From assembly GCF_024521635.1 (NCBI RefSeq), contig NW_026250403.1, positions 1,860,001-1,924,000 on the forward strand: 64,000 nucleotides of DNA, written 5' to 3'. This document shows positions 39,837 through 55,100 of this stretch, piece by piece. The notes under the pieces were generated by a model, which did no database searches, was not told the DNA's origin, and saw nothing but the letters and a program-made list of their open reading frames with translations. The DNA comes from Tricharina praecox (Eukaryota). Within the stretch, counting starts at the first letter, position 1, and every line of letters starts with the position of its first letter. The position numbers and the translations under genes are program-made.

Positions 39837-41620
39837 GACCAGGACGCGTACTGGCGCATGCGTAGGTGGACATATATATATGTACGATGCATACGATGCG
39901 ATGGCCATGGATGGGTGGATTTGGGGGGGTGGTTAGAAGGGTGGTGGTGGCGGTCGTCACGTTTCGACGCTTTCGTTTCTAGTGGTCGAGTGGGTTGAGT
40001 GGGTGGATGAAACAACCTTCCCCACACCGCACCGCCTCGTACCGCACCGCCCCGGACAGCACCGCAACAGGCCAATCCCCGTCGCCGCACCCGCAATTTA
40101 TCAACAGTACCGTATCACCGTATCATTGTATCACTGTATGGTATCACTGTGCCTATCACTGTATGGTATCACTACCAGTTGTGTGGACGGTGTCATATGG
40201 ACGGCGTTATGATTATGATTGCGCAAGAGAAAAGAAAGAAGAAGGAAAGGAAAAGGCAAGGAAATCAAATAAACAAACAAGTAATTGATTCGGCGATTGC
40301 GACCCTCCCCCGTTCCCTCGCGGATATGTCCGTCCTGGGAATAGATACCGCCCTAAATTCTAATTTCCCAATTTCCCAGCTTCCACCAACCCACCAACAA
40401 CCCGCCCACACAGGAAGGCTTCACGCTTCCCGGGAAACAAAACGAAATCGATTTAGATCACTTTGCAAGAATTCTTAATTGTAATTGTATTGTGTGTGAC
40501 TTCCAATTTACAGGCCACTTGTGCTTGATATCGTCTCCCGTCCGACCATCTCCCGTCTGTCCGTCCATCCATCTGTCCGTCCTCCTCCTTTCTTTCCCCC
40601 TTCTTATAATATCCAACAAAAAAAAACAAATTTCTCCAGCCAACCAAGGAAAATGAAACAAAGGGAATTCTCGCACCACAAACAAACGATAATAATATGT
40701 ATAACCGCCAACCAAGGGGATAAAAAAAAAGGAGATATAAAGATAAAATAAAAAGGAGATATAAGGAAAGCCCAAAGTTAAACGAGATAATTTGTACTGA
40801 AAAAAGAAAAAGGAAAAAAAGGAAAAGAAAAGGGAAATAGAACTGAAAAAGGTGATAATAGTGGTTAAAATGTATGTACCTATTGGAAGAGTAGTAAAAA
40901 AAAAGACACCTTCAGGAAGACATGATCTGCCCTGCCCTCCGAGTGTTAGTATTATGATGATGATGAAGTTGATGATGAGATGATGGAAACCCCTCTGACG
41001 AATAACAAAAGAGAGAGAATCCGTAGCAGAAAAAAGCGCAGTAGCACGGTAAACTGTACTCCGACGCCCCTCAACAACCAACCAGAGGAGCAGATCTGAG
41101 GAGAAACCCTCCTCCCCCCGTATGCAAGTAGAACCATTGCATGCAGAGAAGCGAGTAGTATGTGCAACGAAGGAGGAATCAAAAAACACACCGAGACAGT
41201 GAGAGGGAGAGGACGGGATGCAAAGAAAACCAACCCAATAAACACAATGCGATGAAAATCAATAAACTGCCTGCCGTGTGGAACCAAGAATATGTAGGGA
41301 AATAAAAAAACCAATCAAAGCACGCCACCCATACACCTGATTGTAGACATGAAGCTGTACCCGTTCTTTTAAGTGAGACCGAAAGGAAAGTAACGAAAAG
41401 CACTGTGCAGCCCAACCCCAAATGAAAACCCTCTTTTAGTGCGAAAACAAAAACAGAAAAAGAAATAAACGAAAAAACAAATGAGAACATTGATTCTCGA
41501 AAGCCGCCCGAATAGGTATATATATGCATCGACGAAGAATGACGAGGGAAAAGCAAAAAATGGACTTAAAAAAAGGCTTTGTACAAGGTCGCCGCGGTTG
41601 ATGATGTGGCGAAAGGGTGT

Positions 41621-43132
<1,512 letters not shown>

Positions 43133-46100
43133 TGCGGTAAGTTGGTTGTTGTTGTTGAAGGTGTTGTTGTTGTTGAGATAGCGCGCAGGAGTCGTGATTG
43201 TCGGTGCTTGTGACGGGAAGCTGCGATTCAGTCTTGGGGGAGTGGGGGGGTTTAAGACTGGGTGGCTGTTGACGATGGAGGGAGGAGGGGGTGTGTGAGA
43301 GCGGTTGGTAGACAGCTGTTCAGGCGGGATGCCGAAGGTAGAAGGCAGATGTCGAGGCGGGTTGGGTTGAGTTGGATGTTGATGTTGAAGTTGAAGTCGG
43401 GGGGCGGGCAGCAAGGTATATATATTATGTGGATGATATTGGAGAGTGCAGGCCACGGGAGGAATCCGTTTCTGATATTGCTATGAGGATTTCTTGTTGT
43501 GGACAGGAGTGGGGAGGACTCGATTGAAGTATGTTAAGTAGTGGGGAGAGGTTGAATCAGAGACGGGAGATAAGTTGGGGTTGCAGCTGCCAGTTATACG
43601 TCCGTTCCAGTGCTGGGGATTCTGGTTCACAGGAAGCGTGAGGGCGTGCTTGGGATGCTTGGGGATGGGGATGGGGGGGGGGGGGGGGGTCCTCCGATAG
43701 CTTAAACAGAGGCAACCAGGATTACGGGTGGTTAAACTAGCTAGAGCGAGTTAACGAACGAACATTGCTTTTGGCCAGGGTTCGCTGCTGCCCATTGACC
43801 AGCTTATTCTAACTGGACCCCCAAAACTGAGCTTAGACATCCCAGCGAGAGATGCTAGCTCTTCGCGCTTCCCATGGGTCAACAGCAAGTGGCAAGTGTG
43901 CGTGGCAGTGTGCAGCCGTGGCAGACTGGACGATAGAGGTAGGTAAGAAGCTGGGCGAGTAGGTAAGTCAGGAAGTAGGTAGATACTTGGCAGGTACGTA
44001 CCTCACGGATCCATCGTGTGGCCCTGGTTGCGAGACCATGCAGCGGAATCCTGGAGGCGCAGGGCTCGAGGCGGCGGCGGCGGCGGCGGTGGAGATGGAG
44101 GCACTGGAGGCAATGGGGGCAGCGGAGGCCGCGGAGGCACGCCATCGATGTACTGCACATCCGCTCCACAGCACCGGGCAACCTGCTCATGGCCCAGCGG
44201 CCAACCTGCTCATCGTACAGCGGCCAGACGCACCGTGACGACAACATCAGAGACGGTCGACTCATGTAGATAGCCGGTGGGAGAGGGAAAGAGCGAGGGA
44301 GCATGAAGGGGCATCGCCCACTGCATCACGGCACAATGGCCGAGGGCGGAGGACATGGGCAGTCCAACGGGCCCACCACTGGCTGGCCACTATTCTGCTT
44401 CCTACGGCCTCAATTTCAGCGATGGAGCGGGCAGGCAAGGCACGAGTCTAGGCAAGTACTCTACTTACATACTTGGGCACTCTACCTGCACCACGGCTCG
44501 ACGGACTCGCCGCCATGGCCGAGCCAGAGCCATCTAGGTGGACGGAATGGCAGTCATCCGCACCGGCATCGCACCGCACCGTGCCGTACCGTACCGCACC
44601 TCAGCTCACCACCGCCGCTGCATGCCAGAACCTAGACCACGTCCTTTGCCCCTTCCGTCCGCTCGTTCGTTCGCTCGTTCGCTCGCTCGTCTCTTTCGCT
44701 CGTCTCTTTTGCTCGTCTCCTGAGATCCCTCCCGCTTGGCCGGCCGGCGGCGAACGGCACAGGTAACGGGAAGCGGACAGGCCCGGCACACAGACATCCT
44801 CCCTCTAGATAGTGTCCGTACCGCACTGCAAGCCCTTTCCCGCAGAGTGATGGGTGCGGCCGGCCTATGGCCCATGGTCCATACACATCCCACTGGCACA
44901 CACACTCTCTCACTCCACACACCACTCACCACACCACACATATCACACATTTCCATCCCCCCCACACACACTCTCGCACACTCACACACTCACTGCATTC
45001 CCCTTCAAACTCGTGTTGTTTGTGGCCTCGGACGGATCTGTCTTCCCGCAGTCAATCGTAGGCGTGGCCAATCTCTCTCGTTCTCTTCGAGAGTTGAAGA
45101 TCGAGATGTGTTGACGGCGGATTTTTCCTTTTTTCCCTTTTCTTCCCTTTTGATGGGCTGTCCGCACACCAGCCAGTCAGCCCGAGATCTTTTTTCGTAG
45201 GGTACATACATCTTATGCACACGGCAACACCACTGGCTCACCGCGGCCAGCGAACCCGGGCACACGACCTGTCTGTCAAAGTTCTCACCTCCCTGTTCTC
45301 CATTCTCACACCCCTCCTCACTCCCCCTCACATTCTGCTCCCCGCCTCCCCTCCGCCTCCCCCACCTCACCCCGCTCGTCGGCCGTTGTTGCATCTCCTT
45401 GGGTGTGTTTTGAAGAGTGTCTACCCGTGCCCTTCTGTTCGTTCCGATTTCTGCCTCGTTTCTGCCTAACCGCTGTAATGAGTCGTACCCGCATGAATGG
45501 TATATCTCCCGTGGATAGGCAAGGCAAAGTTTAAGCATGCGAAGTCTGGCTCGGAATGCTAGCGATGTATGTAGACTCCCGCGAGGGAAAAAAGGCAGCT
45601 GGGTTTGGGTGCGTCGAGGTGTGTCGGGAGCCACACAAACATGAATATTGAACATCGAACATCGTCCTCTTGGAGACGGACATTCACCCCATGCATACTG
45701 TACGTACAACGAAGCTCCACAAACCACCACCTCGTCCACCCACCACCACCTCCACCACCTCCACCATTACCGTCACGACCCACAGCCATCTCCAAGCCGG
45801 CGACCCACACAGAACTCCATTAGAGTACACAGCCTTTTGAAGCCACCCAGTTCCCCCCAAACTCAACCGCCGCAACGAAAATTCCCCCACTTTCCACCAA
45901 TCACTGCCATCGACCCAACACTATTTACCGCGACACAAAAGTACCAACCGCCTGCGCCCTCGACAAAAACAACGCGATCTCGGTCGCAGACCGAAGGGAG
46001 GGAACGGGATGTTCCCGTTCAAACTCGTAGGACCCACCTCAGCCCGAGCAAGAAAAAATGGGAGAAAAAAAAAGAATCATCCGACATCCTGGCCTCACCG

Positions 46101-49100
46101 GAAACAACACACAAACATCTCCAGAAAGAACATCCCGCGATGAAAGGCAAGTACGTACGTAACCCGACCCAACGAGAGCGACCACATCCGGCTACGGAAT
46201 ATATGGTTAGCACTGGGCGGGCAGTGGGCAAGCAAGCAGGTTGCAACACATACCACCTGCCCGTGTTAACCGGTCTGTCTGGCTGTCTGTCTTGTTTCTT
46301 GCGCTGCCGTTGCCCACGCACACACACCACACGCTCTCCCGATCCATCTCCCACTCCATCTCCCTCGCCGTAACTACAGTACGCCAGCCGTTTCGATGTT
46401 TGGCCGCTCCCTCTCCCTCTCACACACAGCTCACACACGCACACACGCGCTCCACAGTAGTAGTTAGTAGTTAGTAGTTGGTAGTTTGGTGTAGTGACCA
46501 CACCACCAGCACCACCGCCGTAGTTACCGCTAAACCCAGAGAGCACAACCTCCCAAGAGTCTTTTGCCCCAGCTCTTTGGCACGGAGCAATCGCTCGTGC
46601 AGGGGCATGTAATCCGAGACTAACTTACCGCAGCCTGGTCACTCTCGCATGGGGGATGGAGAGGTCTGCCATACGGTAATTTTCTTTCCTTTTCCTCTCC
46701 CAAGGACAAGGATTCGGTGTTGTGTTGCTTGTAACTAACTTAACCCCCCATCCACCCCCCCAACCCAACCCAAACCCCCCCCAGTCTCTCTTCGGATTGG
46801 CGGCACGTTTAGTTTTAGTTTTGGCTAGAGAGACGACCCAGTATTCGGGTCCGCGAGAAAGAGGGAACAGAGAGAACACGAAGAAGGATGAGAGGGAGAA
46901 AAAAGCAATTTCATGTCGCTATCTCCCGCGAGCTCTCGCACACACACACCACAAATGGGATTACACAGAGAGCTATGTAGAGTGTTAGCTATGTGGAGTA
47001 CAGACCTATGTACAATACGCTAAAAACATGTAGGTAGGGAGCATATGTGTAGTGTAGCGGTACATACACAAGACTCTCTCTGGTACATAGCTGCCTACCT
47101 GCCTGCCTGCTTCACCATTCCGGGATAGTAGGTATTCCAACGACATGGCAGTTGCGACGTGCTGTGTGTGTGTCCAAGAAGAAGCAGAAGAAGAAGCAGG
47201 AGAAGCGGAGGAAGAAGACATGAAACAGATCTTATCGAAGGGGCACTCCGATATCCTCAAGTAAAAGTAGGCAGACGATGGGGGGAAGTCGGCCAGCCCA
47301 GATTAGCCCGGCCAGGTACCGTACCTATGAGAGCAACCACCATCTCTGACGTACCTATCTAGAGTACTCTACTCTACTACATGCGGCGTCCGTCCGCCCT
47401 TCGCTTCCTCACCCTCACCTCACCTCACCTCACCTCAGAGATACGTAGAGTAGAGTACATACCTCATACCGGGTCGTCACTCAATCAATCAATCAACTCA
47501 TCCATCTACCATGTATACCGGTACTCTACAGGCCCGTTACCAACGGCAGCACAGTGACGCAGCTCGCAGCTCGCAGCTCGTTAAAGGCTGGGACCTGGGT
47601 GGGTGGGTAAGTGGTGGGTGACAAGCGGCACGCCTTCCTTCTCCCTCCCTCTTTCCCTCTTTCCCTTCCACGGCAGTTCGATACCAACAGCTCATCTGCT
47701 CTCGGTACTTTTTCTACATAGAAACATACCAACAGGAGCGCTGCGCAGAGCAGGAGGAAGGAAGCAACGAGGAAGCAAGGAATCAAGTGGGGCGGGGGGG
47801 TTCCAATAATGTTTCGAAAAGAATCAATGAATGAATGGAACGCTCAGTGTATAGAGTAGTGTGATCGCCATCGTCATCGACACTGGACAGACAGACGCGC
47901 AGAACCTCCTGCTCCTTCTTCTTCCTTTTCTTCATCTCCTTCTTCTCCCCGGAACGTCAAAGGAACCGTCCATCTGGGTTTCCATTTTCTCCGCTCCACC
48001 TAGAGTACCTATTTTTTTCCTGCCCGTCAGGGGGCCTGGGAAAGTGAAAGGATGGTGAATCTCGGAATTATGGGAAAACCCGTGGATGCGGTTTTACATG
48101 AGCAAGCAAGCAAGCAGGAAAAAAAAGAAGGAAAAAAAAAGTGTCCGCCAAGATTATATGACTTCTAAGAATAAGTTTCGCTGCAAATAACCAAGAACTT
48201 AGTAGTAGTAGTGGTGGTGGTGGTGGTGGTAGTCGTTACCCAAGTAAGTACCTAGAGTATCTAGTGAAAGGGAAACGAAACGAGCCGTGGAAGGGAAGGG
48301 AAGGGTATGTAGAAATGTTTCCCTTGAAAAACGGCGCTAGCGGGAAGTCAGTACATAAACGCGAACGAACAAACAATGACCACCATGGCCATAGCCACAA
48401 ACAGATCGGACTAAACCCAAGCAATTTGCGCTCATTCAGCAACATGAGCCGGGAAAAAGGGTGGCCCTGTCCTTCCCCCCTACCCTCCCTACCTCGCTCC
48501 ATCCTTCCCTCTCTCTCTCTCCCTCGGTCCAAATTCCTTCCCATTCCAAGAGAGGAAACAAAGGAAACGACGTAGGAAGGGTAAAAAAAACTTGTATTCT
48601 TCGTCTGCAAAGGGTCCAGAAGGACACACCCATGAGATTTGGCCCCCAGACGAATTTTGAAACCATGGAAGAGCTTGGAGCTATACACGGGAGGTGAGGC
48701 GAGGTGGTGGTTCAGTAAAGGTCTGTTCGTATGCTACCTTCGGGGTGGCCAAACGTGCTATAGTTCCTACTACCTACCTGGTAGCACGGGAGCCCGCGCC
48801 CTCGCGAAAAGTCCGGGAGCTCGAGCTCGAGGGTGAGGGTGAGAGAGCGGGTGCGGATGCGGGCTGACCGACTGATTGACATGACTGATCCGCAGCCGTG
48901 TGCATTAACCACCCCCAGCCAGCCAACCAGCCAATGGCAATCAAACCACAGATAGATAGGTAGCCGTCCGCCCGTCCGTCCGTTCGTCGGACGTCGAACG
49001 GACGGAAGACAGCGGCCCATCACTTCTCTCCCGCCCTCCCGCCCGCCCTCCCTGCGTCGTTGCGTCGTTGCGTCGTTGCCGCTGCTCCAATGGATTGTGC

Positions 49101-52100
49101 TGCTGCCGCTGTGATATCTAACTCTCATGTAATAATCCGAGGACCACCCCGGCCGGCAGCTCTCTTTGTATAGATGATGCTGCTGCTACTTCGGCTGCGC
49201 GTGTATTACTATAGATACTGTTCCAGATGTTATGCTCGATTGCATGACACATCTCGCTCGGTGGCCGGTCGGGCCCACCCCCGGGATTGACGGGATTGAT
49301 GAGATTGATGAGATTGATGCTTACATACCCGCGTCAGCAATGGAACGTGGATCCTGCGATGGTCCGCCCGGAGCTGGGATTCTCCCGCCATATCTAGAGG
49401 CTGGGGGACTTTCAGTATGGAGTAGGTGGCGAACCATGGGCCGCGAGGAAAGGGTCCTGTCAAGCTTCCATCATCCTCCACCTCCCGCATCGCTATTTCT
49501 CCCACCCCATATGCGTATGTAGGGTAGGTATGGATGCATTCACCAATCGAGCTACTACTCCGCAAGCTTCGCAACGGCTACCTAGGTAGATACCTTGGTA
49601 CCTACTCGGTGAGGATTCAGGAATGAATAAGCTCCGCAATCTGGGCCCGCACAGCCCGCAGCCCTTGGGCTTCGCTTCCGCTTCGGCATCCGCATTCGCA
49701 GCAGCGGCGGTAGCGGCGACGACCGCGGAGCGGAGCGGGCACAAGCAGGAAGGAAGGAAGGAAGAAAGGGAACTCCAGACTGGCTGGCTGGCTGGCTGGT
49801 TACTCTAGCAGGGCCACACTAGATACCGTATATACCGTATCATCTCCGTGCTGCCCTGCTCTGCCCTTCTTCCGACTCAGCCCAGCACATATATCCGGCC
49901 GTCCAGTCCAGCGAAGCGCAGCGGATCGATGAGTTCTTCCGACCGAACCCAGTCCGCTCCGCTCCCATCCAACGAGCTGGTTCGGATGTTTGATTACCCT
50001 TTTTTCCCCTCCCTTCTTCCATCACCACCACCACCACCACGACTCCGCAAGCGTGCGCGTGAGCGGGCAAGTGTGTGTGTATGTAGCAAGGCGGAAGAGA
50101 TGAAGGAAAGAAGAAGAAGAAGAGGAGCAAGAAGAAGAAGAACAAGAAGAAGAAGAACAAGAGCCCTATTTCCAGTTTCCCCTTCCACTGTGTCGTTTCT
50201 CATTCCTCGCTTCTTGCGAAAAATATGTACCAGTACGTACGTGCGGTTACTCGTGAGCCTATGGTGGGATCTTAGTTGAGCCATGACATCGGAGGGGGGG
50301 GTGGATCTTCACCAGTAATACGACTCCCCACTTAACTATCTACAGCCCTGCCTCCCCCAGCCATTGGAAGCAAGGCCCATGGGAAAGAAGTCCTGATTTT
50401 CATCGTATTCGATGGTATGGTAGCATTGGTAGATATGTCCTGTCCTGTCCTATCCCCCACAGAACCTGCTGGCGGCCGGCCGGTGGGCCCGGTGGTGTAT
50501 GATAGCACCGTATGTCGGTGTCATGGCCTTGGGGGGGAGGGGTGTAACATTATCCTTGCCTTGCTTTGCTTTCCTTTGCTTTACCGTCAGGCTCAGCATA
50601 TATGTGCATGAGTATTCAATTCCATCAGTTGGGTGACCTGGAGTATGCGTGTGTGGGCGGGGTTGGGCAGCAGACCCAGAACTTCTCTTGCGCGCTCCGC
50701 CGCGTGTATCTCAGACCACAGCGTAGTGGGCGGCGTAACTGACTATCCTCCACTCCATTCCACTCCACTCCACACACGCACACAGTGACACACGTGCTGG
50801 TATGTTCCCAGCCTGCACGGAGTCTACAGTACAGTATCGAGTTACAGCATAGGTAAGTTATCGGCCGGCCCACTCTCCTTCGTGTTCATCCCACCTCCTC
50901 CCGAGTGGCAGCTAACAAGCCACTTATCCTCTTGTTATGTAGAGCAGCTGGTTAGTTACCTGGTAGGTGGGGAGAGAAGAAGGACCATACAATTCCACCT
51001 GGCCGGTGGCGGCGCTGGCTCAACAGTTGGAACTTGGGAAACATCGTTTGATGATGCCCTTCCCCTCGTAACCCGTTTCCCGTCCACGGTTGGAAACACA
51101 GTAAACAAAGAGAGAAAGAAAGAAAGAAAAACCGCCAAGGCCCTATGTGCACCGCAGCGGTGGCAGGCACCAACAAGCACTCTAGAGCATTCACCGGCTC
51201 ATGATGGAGGGCTGACGGGGTGGGGAGGGGGGGGGGGGGAGGGGGAGGGGGGTGAGGCAGTTGGAGGGAAAAAGCATAAAATACCGCCGTCCAGGTGAAT
51301 GGAGGCAGTTAGAGTGAGATGCATCGTTTCGATTGGGGGCCTTCTGATGGCTCTTCCCCCCCATCCCCCAGCTGGCAGCTGGTTCGTCTCTTTCTCCCCC
51401 CCATCCCCCCCTCCAGCCACCTGTGCTAACAACTCCCGGGAACACAGCTTCGAAGCCAGGTCCGATGCAGCAAGGCTCGCTCTCGCCAAATTGTGGCCCT
51501 TACAAACATGTTTCAGGCTCTAACCCTGGATCTGGGTAAAAAGAAAGGAAAAAAAGGAACCTCTCCCTCTCCGCCTCTCTCTCTTTCTTGAGAATTTTCA
51601 TTCGGGAGAACTTTTGGGGGTAGCTTTGAGGCTTGCGGAGGGGAGGGGCACTCAGGTCGTGTGCGTGCGTGTGTGTGTAGTGTGTGTTGGAGGAAGAGTA
51701 CTCCGCCGCCGGCCTGCCCGCCCTGCCCTGCCGGTTTTCATACATCCCTCCTTTCTTCGGAGCGAGATGCAATACATCACATCACCTATACATTCCTCCT
51801 TGGATACGCAGGTACATAGGTGCCGTTGACCTGTCGCATCCAAATGGCCCGGACTCGACTCCGCCGTGCGTGCGTGGGGTGCCAGTGGACCGTGGTGGTG
51901 GTGGTTATGAAAACATTGAACGAAACGTTGAGGGGAGGTAACGACAAGGAGCTCGCCGAAGCTGCTGCAGCTTCTCACCGAACTAACTACATACCTAGGA
52001 TGTAGGGGCAAAAGACTTGGAGAGCTCTCGGAGAGAGAGAAAGTGAAAGAGTGGACATCTTTTCTGGATCCATCCAAAGGGCAGTTGTGGGGGGCGAGTC

Positions 52101-55100
52101 GATGCAGTATCTTTGTAGTGTAGTTATGTGCAACTAACACTGTCAGTCTGTCACCAACCGCATATCCAACTATCTGACGGGCGCCCCGCTGCCAGCCAGG
52201 TTGGCGAAGTTGACGGTAGCTAATCATGTCTACGCCCAGAAGATGCGAGCTGCGGCGAAGCGGGCCAAAGCGTCACCCCCCTCCACGCTCCGCGTTCAGC
52301 GGCCCGTTGGCTTCGGCGGCCGCTGAAAGTGCCCGCCTATGTACCCATCAACCCACCAGAGGATTTTCACACGGACGAACTCCGCGGCGAGCGTATACAG
52401 TGTGCTGGTAGGTACATACAAAGTCATCATGAAGCACCGGATATCGCCGGGAGTTCTAGATATAGTATGGAAAGTAGCAGAAACGGCGCTCAAACCCTCC
52501 CTCCCTCCCTCCCTCATTCCATCTCTCCAATTCAATTCCCCCCGTCCCCCCGTCCCCCCGTCCCCCCACTCCCCCCACCCGCTGCCGCCATGAAATTCCG
52601 ACCAAGCAGCATCTCCCACTCACAAGTCCGCCGGTAAATACCCTTTCCGTTTCCCACCCAGTCTCTGGGATTCTGACAGCTTTCTAGAGGGGCAATGGAA
52701 GGTCCCCACTTTGTCTTTCCTGGGAGGTTCGAGTGGATACTGTATTGTATGTATGTACTCTATGTATGTACCGTACATGGCATGACATTAGAGTACTCTA
52801 CTGTATAGTACTCTACATAACCATGCCCAACGTCCGAGCGAGCCTGCCTGCCAGCCCGCCCGCCGGGGAGAAATAGTTAACGTATGTACAAAGGTACGTA
52901 AGTACACATCTACCGGCCGGCAGAAGTTAACGGACGGGCGGGCGGGCGGGTATGTAGGAAGGTATGTACCTGGGTACTCGGGTAGGTACTGTCGATTTCG
53001 AACTTTCCTCTGATCCCTCTTCTTCTTCTATTCTTCCGTGCTTCCTTGCTTCCTTGCTCCCTTCCTTCGTTACTGCCTTCCTTCCTTCGTTACTTCCCTT
53101 CCTTTCGTTCCATCCAGCCTTCCTTCCTTCCTTCCTTTCACTCCGTCCGCTCGCACGCGCATCGGTCGCGTCGGTGCATTGGCGGGGGACGGGGGACTGC
53201 ACCTGCTACGTTACTCTACTCTACTCTAGGTACGCCTTATAGGCAGTTGCAAATATACCTATTGCATCCATCCATCCAACGTCCGCCCCACCCCCGCCGC
53301 CCCACCCCCGCCGCCGCCGCCGTCGCCGTCGCCGTCGTACTCTAGAGTAACGAGGTAGATACCGTAGTTATACGTAGTACAGTTCATAAGTCCTACGTAG
53401 GATTCCTCTTTTGCATCACTCTAGAGTAGAGTACCATCTATCCGCCGCACCTAAACAAAGCAAAAAAAAACCACCATAAGTTATCGCCGTGCTTTTTTGA
53501 GCGTTGGGAATACTTGCCGGAAGAACTCTAGTAGAGTAGCCAGAGCTCTGGGGTTGGGACTCGTAGGGGGGGGGGGGGGGGGGGGGGGGTGTTGAACAGT
53601 GAACGCCCTTCATAATCTCTCCATAGTAGAGTACCTACCGGCTCGTACACAGGTAGAGTACACGTACTATGAGTACCGTATAGACAGTACCTACTTTCTC
53701 TTATTTACCCTGCCATTCATAACGAAACGAATTTATGATCTAAGTAGAGCACCAATTGCAACCAACCCAACCAACGGTCAACCAACCAACCCACGAAACA
53801 AACCAACCAACCCAAACCCAAAAGCCAACCGAGCCCAACCAACGAAGCCCAACCCAGCCGAAACTCAACCAAACCAGACCAAACAAGGTCCACGAGTCCC
53901 GAAACGTACATACGCCGAGAAAAAAACGTGAACTGTGAACACAACACGCCGAACTTTTCGAACTTTGAACACGGCAAATGGAGGGAGGGAGGGAGGGGAA
54001 GAACCACTCTAAACTAAGCCCATCTCTAAGCGAAATCTGATCGGGGATGGGATGATATCGGATGGGATAGGAAGGATGGGGTTGATGGGGTGGTGGTGTG
54101 AATGGATTTGATTGAACCACCAGTAGATACCCAGGAGAAACAGCAATTGCAGGGCACTGCACTGTACTGCACTGGCGACGACACACCACACACCACATAC
54201 GCACACACGCACGCCCTAAATGAGGGTTCGCCGCGCCGCGCTGCGTATCGGTATCGGTATCTACCGGTATCCGGAGGGTCACCGAAGTAACTATATGGTC
54301 GCCGCTGCCGCCTGGAACCCTTCCATTTCCCTTCCCTTCCATTTCTGTTTCCTCTACTACCCCTCCCCCCCCCCCCCCCCCCCCCCCGGGCCCCGGCGAA
54401 GGTTTGATCATGAGGTGCTGGAAAGAATAGATGGATCGCCGCGTAGGCGTATACTGGACAGAAGTTATTCCAACTCTATACCTAGTAGTTATAGCAGTTA
54501 TAGGTGTGTGAATGTTTCTAGAGCGTGGGGTGGCCGTCTACTTACTCTATGATAGTACGTGGAGTAAGTGTAACCATGGACATAACTACACTAACTACTC
54601 CACAAGTTACAACAGACTAACTACAACAACCCTGCCTGCCACCAGAAAGAAAAGAAAGACCAGAAGGAAAGGAAAGAAAGGAAAAGAAAAGACAAAAGAA
54701 GAAGAAAAGAAGAAGAAGAGGTACCCAAGTCAAGTGAGCTGTAAGTACTATAACCACCCACGTCCGTCGTCAAGGCCGCTGGATATGCATCTATAGTATG
54801 GGGTAAAGGTTTCCCCATTGCAATAGGAATTGCATGCTTACCTACATAAGCCTCCGCCGACCACTTTCCTTTTGAAGTGGTTTGAACTTTGACAGCGGCA
54901 CGGAGGAATGCACCAGTCGCGGCCTATGGTGCTCCTTCAATCGGCCGGCGCGGGGGGGTCGGGGGGGATCCAATGGATCGTCATAAAACACCCACACAGC
55001 TGTAGAGCAGGGCAGTGTGTAGAGTAGCGATTCTGCATCTCCGTGGGTTTGGTATGTAGAGCATCATGTATCATAGGCGCTGCACGCTAGATTGGCTTCC

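Noticed and set aside
40458..41189. 243-aa Phe-rich ORF on the minus strand
   Set aside because: Artefact of the U-rich region downstream of the zinc-finger gene.
48975..49006. Perfect 12-bp hairpin TCCGTCCGTTCG/CGAACGGACGGA
   Set aside because: Built from adjacent complementary (CCGT)n/(ACGG)n microsatellite units, which is expected in this context.
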